A stretch of 60,413 bases of DNA, the filler included. It is 6 parts of 6 records of this genome, joined end to end, with 100 filler letters (N's around TTAATTAATTAA, not from the genome) between each part and the next. Parts side by side here need not be neighbours in the genome. Positions count along the whole stretch, not along the records: positions 34,568 to 52,388 come from SRR20825006_3047; 5 more parts are not named here. One strand, 5' to 3'. The notes beneath the pieces are model-generated. The model was not told the DNA's origin and did not search any database. It saw only the letters and a program-made list of their open reading frames with translations. Both the position numbers and the translations under genes were made by a program. Of the stretch, positions 42,901 through 52,154 are shown piece by piece (positions within the stretch are counted from its first letter, which is position 1; every line of letters begins with the position of its first letter).

Positions 42901-45629
42901 ACACCTACTGGAATTCATCAGATTCCGATTCGATTTTCAGTATAGCTAATGACAACAGTTTTAAGTCCAAAAACAAGGAAGCAATAAACTTACTCGTTTT
43001 GATTGGAAGCGAGCGTGATAATTTAAAAAGTTATGTGTCCTTGAAAACAGGAATCAGTGCAGCTCAACTGAGTGATGGAGAAAGTTCTTTCATTTTTCAA
43101 AATGCTCCAGAGATTCAAAAAATCTATGCAGCGATTAAACGCGCCGACATGAGGCGTTCAAATTATGCTCTAAACAACGCAATGAAGAGCAAAGATATTG
43201 AAGTTCGTACAGGACTCGACCATTATAATATATTTGCTCCTGACGATGGTATTGTTGATGTAATGTTACAAGAAGCCAATGATGCAGAAGTTGAACTCAA
43301 CATATACATGTCAGAAAGAATTCAACATCAACGAGAACGTTTGCAATACTACGACAACAATCAACAGATTACTATATTAGAAAACCAGGTCAAAAATACA
43401 GCGGATGAGATTGGTTATCAGTTAGAAAGATTAACAACATTAAGGCGTTTATTGCTTTCACCTCAAGAGAGGAAATCTGAATATCTTGCTGAGATTGCTG
43501 ACTTATCAACGAACTCGACTTTCATCAATCATTTGGGATTTTTAACAACCCGATCAGCACCTTTGATCGCTGAAATTAGTAGCGACTCAGCTAAACTTGT
43601 TGGAGATGTAAATGCTTTAACTAGCCTTTCGACTCTTGGTGTGGATTGGGATCAAACCCAAGGCTCTGAACTATCAGTAACTAAAGGCTCATTTGTTACA
43701 CTTGACATTTCGGGTGAGTATGCTCCTGATTGTGCCATTAGAGTATTTGAGTCCGACCTGAATTTGAATCCTAATATAACTTATCCTTTGGTCACAGATG
43801 CACAAGGTTTTCGTACAACAACAAACTCAGGTTATTATGAAGTCGAAAGCGTTTCTAAGTCAGAATCTTCAGGGGTCAATAACTCTGGCTCTCAGCAGGC
43901 GTGTGCTGGTGTTGGAGCAGAGATCAATGTTTTGAAACTGGGTATCGATTTTTGCCTCAACTCAGCTGTATATAATAACAATGACACAACGACTTCAAAT
44001 AACACAGGAAATGAGTTTAGATACTCTGCATCGTTTGTTGAAGGTCTACGTGTTGAGAGTCATGTGCCCTTCCCGGAGTTTCCAGTTGGTAGCTTGATCC
44101 TGGTTGGCGCTGAATCAGACATATCTTCTCCTAATCTTAGTAACGTGTCTTTCAAACGTGTTCTTTCAAACGGACAAACAGCTTTCATTGCTCCGAAGAA
44201 CCTTCGTCTTTATCTTGTTCTAAACGACCAATCTCATAGCCATCAGCTTTGTGGTAATACCTCTTCCTCGAATGGATATGTGCTAAATGTAAATACGAAT
44301 TATTTTGAAAATATCAGCGGAGATGGTAGCAAAGTTGTTGCAGATGAAATGATAGCTTCTTTTGCGGATGCCCATGAGTTAATGGATAACATTGCAGAAA
44401 CAGACACTATTTTGTCAACACAGTTAAATTCGCTTAGGCTTTCTATTCGTAACAGGTTTTACAATCGTTTCGGTGGAGAAAGTTCAGTACCAGAGGGTCT
44501 TCGCCTTCTCTTTGTAGATTGGCTTGAACAAGAGCTAGCATCTATCGAATTGAGGGTTCTTATCGAACAACAAATAAAAGCAATTCTCGTAACAAAGCAA
44601 GAACTTGACCTTTTAGAGTTGCAGATTTCAGGAAAAAGTGATCGCAATGGTTATCTTGAGAAAATCCTATCCTTAAGTGAAGAGAGATTTTTTCAACGGG
44701 GCTTTTTCTCGAAGGTTCAACATTTAGCTTTTCATATCAACTACTATGTCATGCCATTGTTATGGTTGAAATTCGGAGAAGACATTCATGGTTTTAGTAA
44801 CGTTGATTTGCAGTACTTGGAGGCTTTAACCAACACACCAAATAGTATTTCATCAGTTGAACTGACGAATGTCCTTACAACGCTTTTTGGCAGTAATTCT
44901 CGTCTTTATAATAGGATCAATGATCTTAAAAACAACAATTCCGGACCCTCTACAAACTGGGTTGCTCTTTACTACCCTAAATCTGAACTTTCTGTTACCA
45001 GTCAAGTAGCAAGTGTTAAGGATAGTATTAGAACATCTAATCCTTGGAGTAGTTTGGGTGACTTTTCAAATCATGACGAAATGATAAAACTGGAAGTTGC
45101 CCCGGAAGATTTGTATTTAGGAGATAGCAACATGGGGTACCATTTTGTACTTTCGTGTAACAAGGTTGAACCGATTTTGTTAGACATGGCCATACTCTTT
45201 GTTGCAGAAGGCGTTCAGTACACAGAGATTGGAACTCCGGCTAATCAAGAACTTCCGATCAGCTTTGAAAGTCAAATGACATTTGCTAGAGCAAATGAAC
45301 CACGCGATTATTTTATGAATAATTCCACCTATCAAGGTGCACTGGTTAAGACTGGTTTTATTCGAGATATAAATATAAGTAGTGCAAACCCGGATTCTTG
45401 GATGCCGGTACGAGAACCGGGCGATTTTCCTCCGGGTCGAGGTCTTTCACCGTTTATGACGGTGATGCTTAGTGAATCTTTTATTTATAGTAATCTTTTT
45501 CAGGGTAGTGCAGATCAAGCTGCATTAGACTTTTATAATGATATAGATGGGATTCTGTTGTTCCTGAAAATTCAGGGTGAGACAACTCCCCTAAATGCGG
45601 GGATTTCGTGGATTCCTGAGTGCCTATGA
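39996..45629 (+). CDS. 1877-aa lipoprotein of unknown family; putative TcA-analogous translocator
   Basis: Lipobox LLGTSC, Cys-rich N-terminus, two coiled-coil tracts flanking a Ser/Thr-rich hairpin, and C-terminal PGRGLSPF. The CDS is secure; the function is inferred. Confidence 0.8.
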   Translation: MKQNIFALCTLSLVLLGTSCTEQPQTNLKTSNSPTTMVTPTTMTQAVVGSSCEANLFEPIEDGCEGRWSYRNPSECYEEARHPACGYELLPGSGLECDETRGVFVSYEDCSSNMLGDPYILSNTTELVEVRLVSEYMQVLYGSDSNAALTDIQNILGDACGAYGIKEIGEIAKQCAPLARGVGEQDELDDLLTSLGVITKTLDHIRACPQVSGNPLKSLEFRGTSAYLGLECRRQEDDFNRLASWLEQLRGCPSNATENLVATLMSTFYQHVASNLEEVVGQYCTPEAQQGVYIEIMEAIERYLGGAGWEEYIQDQLELQCEQKCRERLKYTNSDGEEVYMLDAECETSVANVTEASSESGAIFAGECQMTIRVPEEYQSYLSEKTCRTKENGVTDPSECGVDHAGEEVHYTGLGLEREQVLRMYEGEVVPQTLQCLTGDDIAVDWTNVSPLELSALKSRVLTGYLDRDATSGADGESMKDMLAARLMLLSELYGDGPLHKGESQADSKNRAFILNTAELYERHPNARPSCGPELDESGNCNQDGSATVNVTELSNSFAVGHGLSENSLFAYPLGIVSIPFGFHGYDFLMLDPTAPSPDTQSAGYAEFAVDRPTTVTILFDRAGANYRSYLIDQGWEVQEVADLIIFDISDGSKAAYYAATKDFAESASVMRTIRVPGHEISFNGNRDTDTKRPIILFRAMDIEAVVDMCHRYTDEQILAGMDSNFHHPIVARCASRFDTGLDASSEMDARAGVTACTDFAAQHAAEDVSEILAFDVPLRSNVIVPADSNIPPGNAAKLDQQVLRLNNWVKSVEGHATPTEVYLGATEVTGAIHGSLGSVLPFASDVMDPTDPQKSTRDALQMRYRGIIDSAQDMDLTILLSKWQYDIHAELLKSTQRINSSDYLRTMVTQDAIEILVSKIDSYSDLFDIGCALSPTCGRDSNTGYLHETSITKVWRLFQTLLDDSADNTYWNSSDSDSIFSIANDNSFKSKNKEAINLLVLIGSERDNLKSYVSLKTGISAAQLSDGESSFIFQNAPEIQKIYAAIKRADMRRSNYALNNAMKSKDIEVRTGLDHYNIFAPDDGIVDVMLQEANDAEVELNIYMSERIQHQRERLQYYDNNQQITILENQVKNTADEIGYQLERLTTLRRLLLSPQERKSEYLAEIADLSTNSTFINHLGFLTTRSAPLIAEISSDSAKLVGDVNALTSLSTLGVDWDQTQGSELSVTKGSFVTLDISGEYAPDCAIRVFESDLNLNPNITYPLVTDAQGFRTTTNSGYYEVESVSKSESSGVNNSGSQQACAGVGAEINVLKLGIDFCLNSAVYNNNDTTTSNNTGNEFRYSASFVEGLRVESHVPFPEFPVGSLILVGAESDISSPNLSNVSFKRVLSNGQTAFIAPKNLRLYLVLNDQSHSHQLCGNTSSSNGYVLNVNTNYFENISGDGSKVVADEMIASFADAHELMDNIAETDTILSTQLNSLRLSIRNRFYNRFGGESSVPEGLRLLFVDWLEQELASIELRVLIEQQIKAILVTKQELDLLELQISGKSDRNGYLEKILSLSEERFFQRGFFSKVQHLAFHINYYVMPLLWLKFGEDIHGFSNVDLQYLEALTNTPNSISSVELTNVLTTLFGSNSRLYNRINDLKNNNSGPSTNWVALYYPKSELSVTSQVASVKDSIRTSNPWSSLGDFSNHDEMIKLEVAPEDLYLGDSNMGYHFVLSCNKVEPILLDMAILFVAEGVQYTEIGTPANQELPISFESQMTFARANEPRDYFMNNSTYQGALVKTGFIRDINISSANPDSWMPVREPGDFPPGRGLSPFMTVMLSESFIYSNLFQGSADQAALDFYNDIDGILLFLKIQGETTPLNAGISWIPECL

Positions 45630-45696
45630 CTAATTAATTCCTTTTTCAACAAAAACAGATAGCCTTAAAACCAATTAAACACGGCCGAGAGTTATT

Positions 45697-48600
45697 ATGA
45701 AAAAGAACGAGATAATTTTAAGCAAAATCATTGCTTTTTTATCATTCAGCAGTCCAACTTTAGTTTTTGCACAGACCGCATCAGATATGTTGATCCAGCC
45801 TCCCGAGCTTTCTGCACCAGAGCGGGGTTCAGTAGCGGGCCAATATTCAGGATTGGTATTCGAGCCGGGCCAGATGAGCCGCGGTGACTTCTCACTCTCA
45901 CTCCCCATAAATGTCCCACAAGATCGGGGGACACTTATGGCATCTATTTTCCCCTCTTATTCACCTGGTTCAGGCCTGAGTGAATGGGGGATTGGCTGGC
46001 AAGCGCCTCTCGAGATCAAACGGGCAACGTTTGACGGTCAAATTGACTACGTTACTGATCATTTCGTTTCTCCCTGGGGTCGTCTGATCGAAGGCTCAAA
46101 TGGTGACTATTACCCTGCGGGAATGACCTCATCCATACGCATTTCTCCTGTGGGAGATGAATTTCATGCGTACATGCCAGATGGCTCGGTTGCTATCTTT
46201 GGACGAACAAGTCAAAACAACTCAACGCGTATCGAAACCTCGCAAGGGATCTACGCCTGGTATCTGACGTCAATAGAGGACATTCATGGAGCACGGACCG
46301 AACTGAAATACACCGCGAACACCTCGGGAAGGCCTTTTCTAGAAGAGGTTTTCTATGGCGGGCATGGTCAGGATTTTCAGTACAGAGTGCGGTTCCATTA
46401 TGACGCATTGACGGTTGCCATCCCTGACTATTCATCAGGAAAAAAGTTAGATCTCGATCAACGCATTAGCAGCGTCTCGGTTGACACAAAAGACTCTGGA
46501 GCTTTTTCAAATCGTTGGCACTATCCCATTGCCCACGCATTCTTCACCGAAAGTCCCTCATTCTTCCTCACTTCGATTGAAAGGCATGTAGAGTCATCTG
46601 GGGAGTTCGAGATACTTGCCACCTATGAATACGATGATGTTACGCAGTACTGGCAAAATGCCGTTGCCGTCCCCAGTACCAAGGCCAAGCAACTAATCGA
46701 TAACTGGGGAGACTCTGTATATGAGCCAGATCAATCCACTCCGCTGGATGGGAACGATGATGGAATGATCGATCTGGAGTACAAGGCTAGCTTCTCCCTC
46801 ATCAAACAAACCTCATCCGGGTTTGTCGAAGAACCTCTCGGTCCAGTCACAGCTGCGCTTCATGAGGAGTGTCGTCCAGACAATGCCCCCATCAGTTCAC
46901 GAGATCCTCGTCTACTCGTGAAGGTGCGTGGCAGTGATTTTGAAACCGAAGTGCTCGTTGTCGAACCCAACGCTATGGGAGGTGAATCGGGGAAGATCGT
47001 TGTCTGTAAGCGAAATGGCGATCTGGTGGAAATGACCGACGAGCTGGATTGGATCGATGGTTTTGACAGACACACGCGAGTTGTTGACCTGAACAATGAC
47101 AACCGACCCGATATCGTACATTTGAAAGGCGATGGTGAGCTGGTCATTTATGAGAACCTGAGCACACCAACCACCATCGATTTCCAAGCACTCGGAACCA
47201 ATCAGGATCTCGGGTCGATCAATGCCCTCTTCTCAGGTGGTTTTTGGGGCCGTGATATCAACGGCGATGGTATCGTCGATATTGTCACTCGCGAATCGAA
47301 CCGCATTTTCGTCTGGTACGGAAAGGGAAACCTGACGTTCGAAGCTTCACCTGAACAAATCGATTTCAACAGTTTCGCAACACCGCCAATTTTGACCAAT
47401 ATGGAGGTGTTGTTCATCGATGCAAACAAAGACGGTTTGCCTGATGCTCTTGTAAAAGATCCCACCGCGTATGCTGGCGCGAGGATGTTCATCAACGGGC
47501 TTTCAGAATTCAGCGAAATCGACATCCCCAATCTTTATTCTGCGACCAGCCAAGTCATGCCATCAACCCTCGACCTGATTGGCTCAGGGAACGCCCAGGT
47601 TGTTTTCCTGGAACAAGCGGCAGGCTCCTCAGGAGGGGCCGTAGTCAAGGTATTTGAACTCCATCAAGCGTCTACAGGCTTGATGCGCCAAACCTATGAC
47701 GCGCGAGGAACAACCTTACAGTTTGACTATGGCCGGGCTCCTGCCGTCGATGGTGTCGAGCAACGCCATGCTGTTCTCACCGGGATGCAACACGAATCTC
47801 AGGGCTATGACACCGTTGCATACACCTATGACTACTCACAACCTATCCTTCACAATGAGGGGCATCTGCTTGGTTACCGAGAGGTCTCCCGCGTCGGGCC
47901 ACGAGAGACACACTTGGCGAGCTTCATTATCGAGCATGATATTCCACCGGTATTGGAAGATTCGGTCACTCAAGATCACGAGATTCCAGATCTCTTCAAG
48001 CTCAACGCTACTTCCTACAGCCACGAAACCTACAACGGTGTTTCATGGTTCAGGCCCGCCACCGAAATTTCTGGAATCTATCATGCATCGCTGACAGACC
48101 AGCAAACAACCACAACAGAATACCTCGCCTATGATGACCTCTGTCCGGTCGAGACAAGGACCATCAAATCCTCTGGCGAACTCAGAACGCAAATCGAGCT
48201 GGCCTCACCTTCCGAACTCGCATCATCACTGCACTGTCTACCTGACGAAATCGTAACGATCGGTACACATCCCGGAAATTCGTCTTACGATTTCGAATAC
48301 ACCGCTCTGGTTTCAAGGAACTCCAAGGGACAAACCACACAAATCACAGCTTACGATCCGGGCACGAGTTACGTTCTACAGGAAATCACCTACGACACCC
48401 TGGGTCGTCTCGCTACCGTGTCCTCTCCTGGTAAGGGAACATCGAGCATGTTCTACGATGGAGATTACAATATCTCGGAAATCGAGGGCCCCAATGGGGT
48501 CATCGTCGAGGCGACACGAGAATCTGTCAGCGATCTGCTAGTAAGCCTGGATGAACATCGCCCGGGCATGACCTACAGCATCGAATCCGGTTTCGACGGT

Positions 48601-51600
48601 CTCGAGCGACTTGAACGCCGCTGGGACAGCCTCGGTCTCTCCAGTGAGTTGGATCCTTTGATCCGATTCCAATACCAGTACGCCACAGAAACCGATCCTG
48701 CAGTGGTCGAGACGTGGACCAAGGCCGATAATGGTGGTGCCCAGATGCACACGTCCGAACTCTTCACGGCGGGTGGAGATCCGTTGCTCTCGGCCGTGAA
48801 GCTCGGAACGGAGTTTCGATATGGGACGTCTCACTCTTACAACCGCAACGATGGTTCGAGCACGAGCTATCGAGTCACCGATGATAACGGTATCAACCCT
48901 GCAGATCTCGCAAACATGAACATCGTGGCAGAGCGTGCGTTGGCATTCGAGAAGAGCTCCGCTTTCGGGGAAGTGATCGACTCGTGGTCCGAACACCACG
49001 ATAACGTTCAAACCCACATGTCGACAGATTTGCAACTCTCCGGGGGAAGACTTCTTGTCAGGGCTCACGAAAACGGGATCCATGAAAAAGTAAATGTCGT
49101 GGATGACAGTGGCAACACTGTCATGCTCCAGGACGAGATCGGAACGCGATTCTCGTACACCTATGACACTCTGGATCGAATGCGCCGTGCCGATTACCCG
49201 GATCGTCGTTTTCAAACCGTGACCTATGACAGCCTTGGACGCTTACAAGAGGTCTACCGAGACAACTATGGACGTCAAGTCCACGAGTATGACAGCTCTG
49301 TGTTCGAGCAAATCACGAGAACTACACTCTTTGATCGAAACGATGTTGCTCGCTATCAAATTGATTTTTCATACGACGCGATCGGTCGCATGACCCAACG
49401 GGTCCATGAAGATTTGCAAACGGGTGATCTGGCGACATACACATTTTATTACGATGGCGCCACACCTGATAACCCCACCGCAAGCGTGGGCGCATACCTG
49501 GGAAGGCAGACAGGTATCGAAGGACCTGGCTATCAGAAAACAGTGGAGTACCGAGATGATGGTTCGATCCTGTCCAACACCACAACATTTCCAAATATCC
49601 TGAGTTTCACGACTCTGTTCGATTATGCGCCCGATGGCTCGATCCAAAGCACAGCGGTGCTCTGGCAAGATGCTCAGGGTCAGACTGTTTTCAAGCAAAG
49701 TGTCTCGAACGAAGTCGATGCTGATGGGTTCTCGAGCAACGTTTATCTCGGCCGCCAACACCTCGCTCGTGTCTACTACGATGATGAGGGCTTGCTGCGT
49801 CGCGTGGGTTTTGCTGACGATCCAAACCAAACAGCCAACAACGGTTCAACTGATATCAGTGACATCATTCATGACCAACTCGATACCAATGATGTTCTCA
49901 ACGAGTATGGGTACGTTTGGGATCGCGAACAAGAGGTGCTCTTCCACTACGATTCAGACACTCACAAGCCGTTGGGTCTCACGCAACGTTGGGCAGGTTG
50001 GGAGAGGAGCAACACACGTCGCTTCAACGACAGAGGTTCAGTGGACTACGAGGACTTTGGTCTCTCCACATCAACCACCAAACGACGACACTACACCTAT
50101 GGCCCAAGAAACTTCCTGAGCGCGGCCTGGGATCCTCAAGAGGATTGGATTTATGAATACGATGCTTTTGGTCTTATCGAAGAAGCGAGCGTCAATGGTC
50201 AGTCCGAAGGTACTAGCCGAGTACCCGGTGAGTATTGGCAAACTAACCAGGTCGAATATGACTTTGACGCTTTGGGCCGCGTGATCGAGCGTTCGAACTC
50301 TCACCCCATGATCTTTGCATATGGCCCACACGGCCACCTGTCTACGGCTGAAGATCAGCAGACGGGTGATGAGTGGACGTTTGTCTACGATGAGCAGGGT
50401 CAACGCATCATGAAGTTCGAGAATGGGCAGCCTGACAAAGCCTACCTTGGCGATCTTTACCTCGATGTAGCAGGTCAGGATCTTATACAACCGTTCGAGA
50501 TCAACGAACGTATCGTCGGGATGATTTACAACGGTAACTTTGAAATGTTGCCACTGGGAGAAACTGAATCACTGTTGGGGGACTCATACGGCAACGAAAG
50601 TCTTGTTGCTCCGTATGGAGCTCGTGATCGAAGTACAACCGTTGCTCAAAATCTCCAATATGTCGAAGAAGCCATCGCATTTGTCGCCAGAGGTTACGAT
50701 GCGGACACAGGACTTGTCCGAATGGGAGTTCGTGATTTTGCTCCCGACATTCGAACCTTCACCACCCCAGATCCTCTTTTCCTTGGTAACATAAGCTCTA
50801 ACTTGAGTTCATACGATGCAAACCTCTACACATACGCCCGAAATAATCCCATCACAGTCGTTGATCCCCTGGGCCTGTGTGACTGCCAGTTCACATCTAT
50901 AGAAGGCAGAGAATATCAGGGCAGCGTCGGCGCGACCAAAAAGAACTACTCAGAAGAAGAACTCGGTCAACAAAACATGGCTCTTGCAGGAGGGGCCATG
51001 GTTACTCCTTATGCTGGAGACTACGTCGTCGCCGCACATTCCTGGTATGTCTACGCAAACTATCCAAACGGGATAAATCTGGCGGCGGCAATGGCGGATT
51101 CGGGTGCAGCTGTTTTGCCTATACTACCTGCTGGCGCTGCTGCTGCTGCCGGTGCCGCCAGGACGGTGAAGTCGGCGGGTAAGAGCACCGCGACAACCGC
51201 AGCATCCAAAACCGCGAAAAATACAGTTGCAAAGAAATCGTCCACGAAAACGGCCAGTAAAGTCTCCAAAACCTGCAGTTTCACTGCAGGAACTGTCGTG
51301 CTCATGTGTGATGGCACTTACAAAAACATCGAGGACGTGGAAGAAGGAGACTGGGTTCTCTCACGTGATGAACATGGGGATGAGTATGCTTGCAAGCAAG
51401 CCGTAAAACCGTATTCGAATCCTGATCGTTCGATCATCATACTGGAATTTGAAGACGAAGACGGTCAGATCGAGTTCATTGAAACTACCGACAATCATCC
51501 TTTCTATGTTTCAGGACGTGGTTGGACCAGAGTTGATGAGCTCAACCTCCTCGATCAAGTGCCAAGCTCTGATGGTCGGACGCTTACTGTCAAAAGCGCA

Positions 51601-52026
51601 TTATGGACTCAACGCATCGCAGTTGTTTATAACTTTGGTGTTGAAGACTTTCATACCTACTTTGTGGGTGAGATTGGCGCTTGGGTTCACAATTGCGACT
51701 TTAACTGGGACCATATATTTGACAGACACACCCCGGGTGGCAGCACTGCCTCGCAACGCGCTCGAGGTGGTGGTCCACAAAATTCGCTTTTTGTAGGTTT
51801 CTCCCAAGAGCAAATCAAAAAAATAGTTAAGGATGCTTGGAAACATGCCGAAAAAAAAGGTGGCAAACAAATAGATTTTGCAACAGGTCATGAGACCCAA
51901 AAATTTAGAGGTTTTAATGAGAAGTATAATATGGAAATTGAATTTTGGTATAATCACACCACAAAAAGGGTGGACAGTGCATATCCGGCAGATAGTCAAG
52001 TCTTGGTGAATCCTTATCCAAAATAA
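45697..52026 (+). CDS. SpvB/TcB-like + FG-GAP + RHS/YD + HINT polymorphic toxin (TcB-TcC fusion type) with signal peptide
   Basis: Signal-like LVFA|QT; SpvB motif SLPINVPQDRG...YSPGSGLSEWGIGW; DLNNDNRPD/DINGDGIVD/DANKDGLPD; YDxLGR repeats; RHS end YARNNPITVVDPLGL; HINT CSFTAGT...VHNC. Confidence 0.9.
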   Translation: MKKNEIILSKIIAFLSFSSPTLVFAQTASDMLIQPPELSAPERGSVAGQYSGLVFEPGQMSRGDFSLSLPINVPQDRGTLMASIFPSYSPGSGLSEWGIGWQAPLEIKRATFDGQIDYVTDHFVSPWGRLIEGSNGDYYPAGMTSSIRISPVGDEFHAYMPDGSVAIFGRTSQNNSTRIETSQGIYAWYLTSIEDIHGARTELKYTANTSGRPFLEEVFYGGHGQDFQYRVRFHYDALTVAIPDYSSGKKLDLDQRISSVSVDTKDSGAFSNRWHYPIAHAFFTESPSFFLTSIERHVESSGEFEILATYEYDDVTQYWQNAVAVPSTKAKQLIDNWGDSVYEPDQSTPLDGNDDGMIDLEYKASFSLIKQTSSGFVEEPLGPVTAALHEECRPDNAPISSRDPRLLVKVRGSDFETEVLVVEPNAMGGESGKIVVCKRNGDLVEMTDELDWIDGFDRHTRVVDLNNDNRPDIVHLKGDGELVIYENLSTPTTIDFQALGTNQDLGSINALFSGGFWGRDINGDGIVDIVTRESNRIFVWYGKGNLTFEASPEQIDFNSFATPPILTNMEVLFIDANKDGLPDALVKDPTAYAGARMFINGLSEFSEIDIPNLYSATSQVMPSTLDLIGSGNAQVVFLEQAAGSSGGAVVKVFELHQASTGLMRQTYDARGTTLQFDYGRAPAVDGVEQRHAVLTGMQHESQGYDTVAYTYDYSQPILHNEGHLLGYREVSRVGPRETHLASFIIEHDIPPVLEDSVTQDHEIPDLFKLNATSYSHETYNGVSWFRPATEISGIYHASLTDQQTTTTEYLAYDDLCPVETRTIKSSGELRTQIELASPSELASSLHCLPDEIVTIGTHPGNSSYDFEYTALVSRNSKGQTTQITAYDPGTSYVLQEITYDTLGRLATVSSPGKGTSSMFYDGDYNISEIEGPNGVIVEATRESVSDLLVSLDEHRPGMTYSIESGFDGLERLERRWDSLGLSSELDPLIRFQYQYATETDPAVVETWTKADNGGAQMHTSELFTAGGDPLLSAVKLGTEFRYGTSHSYNRNDGSSTSYRVTDDNGINPADLANMNIVAERALAFEKSSAFGEVIDSWSEHHDNVQTHMSTDLQLSGGRLLVRAHENGIHEKVNVVDDSGNTVMLQDEIGTRFSYTYDTLDRMRRADYPDRRFQTVTYDSLGRLQEVYRDNYGRQVHEYDSSVFEQITRTTLFDRNDVARYQIDFSYDAIGRMTQRVHEDLQTGDLATYTFYYDGATPDNPTASVGAYLGRQTGIEGPGYQKTVEYRDDGSILSNTTTFPNILSFTTLFDYAPDGSIQSTAVLWQDAQGQTVFKQSVSNEVDADGFSSNVYLGRQHLARVYYDDEGLLRRVGFADDPNQTANNGSTDISDIIHDQLDTNDVLNEYGYVWDREQEVLFHYDSDTHKPLGLTQRWAGWERSNTRRFNDRGSVDYEDFGLSTSTTKRRHYTYGPRNFLSAAWDPQEDWIYEYDAFGLIEEASVNGQSEGTSRVPGEYWQTNQVEYDFDALGRVIERSNSHPMIFAYGPHGHLSTAEDQQTGDEWTFVYDEQGQRIMKFENGQPDKAYLGDLYLDVAGQDLIQPFEINERIVGMIYNGNFEMLPLGETESLLGDSYGNESLVAPYGARDRSTTVAQNLQYVEEAIAFVARGYDADTGLVRMGVRDFAPDIRTFTTPDPLFLGNISSNLSSYDANLYTYARNNPITVVDPLGLCDCQFTSIEGREYQGSVGATKKNYSEEELGQQNMALAGGAMVTPYAGDYVVAAHSWYVYANYPNGINLAAAMADSGAAVLPILPAGAAAAAGAARTVKSAGKSTATTAASKTAKNTVAKKSSTKTASKVSKTCSFTAGTVVLMCDGTYKNIEDVEEGDWVLSRDEHGDEYACKQAVKPYSNPDRSIIILEFEDEDGQIEFIETTDNHPFYVSGRGWTRVDELNLLDQVPSSDGRTLTVKSALWTQRIAVVYNFGVEDFHTYFVGEIGAWVHNCDFNWDHIFDRHTPGGSTASQRARGGGPQNSLFVGFSQEQIKKIVKDAWKHAEKKGGKQIDFATGHETQKFRGFNEKYNMEIEFWYNHTTKRVDSAYPADSQVLVNPYPK
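51274..51693 (+). other. Pretoxin HINT autoprocessing domain
   Basis: Motifs CSFTAGTVV, IEDVEEGDWV, TTDNHPFYV and VYNFGVEDFHTYFVG..WVHN. Confidence 0.9.
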
Positions 52027-52032
52027 GCAATG

Positions 52033-52064
52033 TAGGAAGAATTGTAATAATTCAAGTCTTCCTA
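52033..52064 (+). terminator. Hairpin immediately after the toxin gene (possible terminator)
   Basis: TAGGAAGA...TCTTCCTA inverted repeat with an inner TTG/CAA pairing; no T-tract. Confidence 0.4.
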
Positions 52065-52154
52065 GTCCCTGAAGAAGAAGCCAGCAAGAAGACGTGTGGT
52101 GCGAGAGGAGGGAGAAGGTGTGAGAATGGAGGAGAATACAGGCCCCTTATCCAC

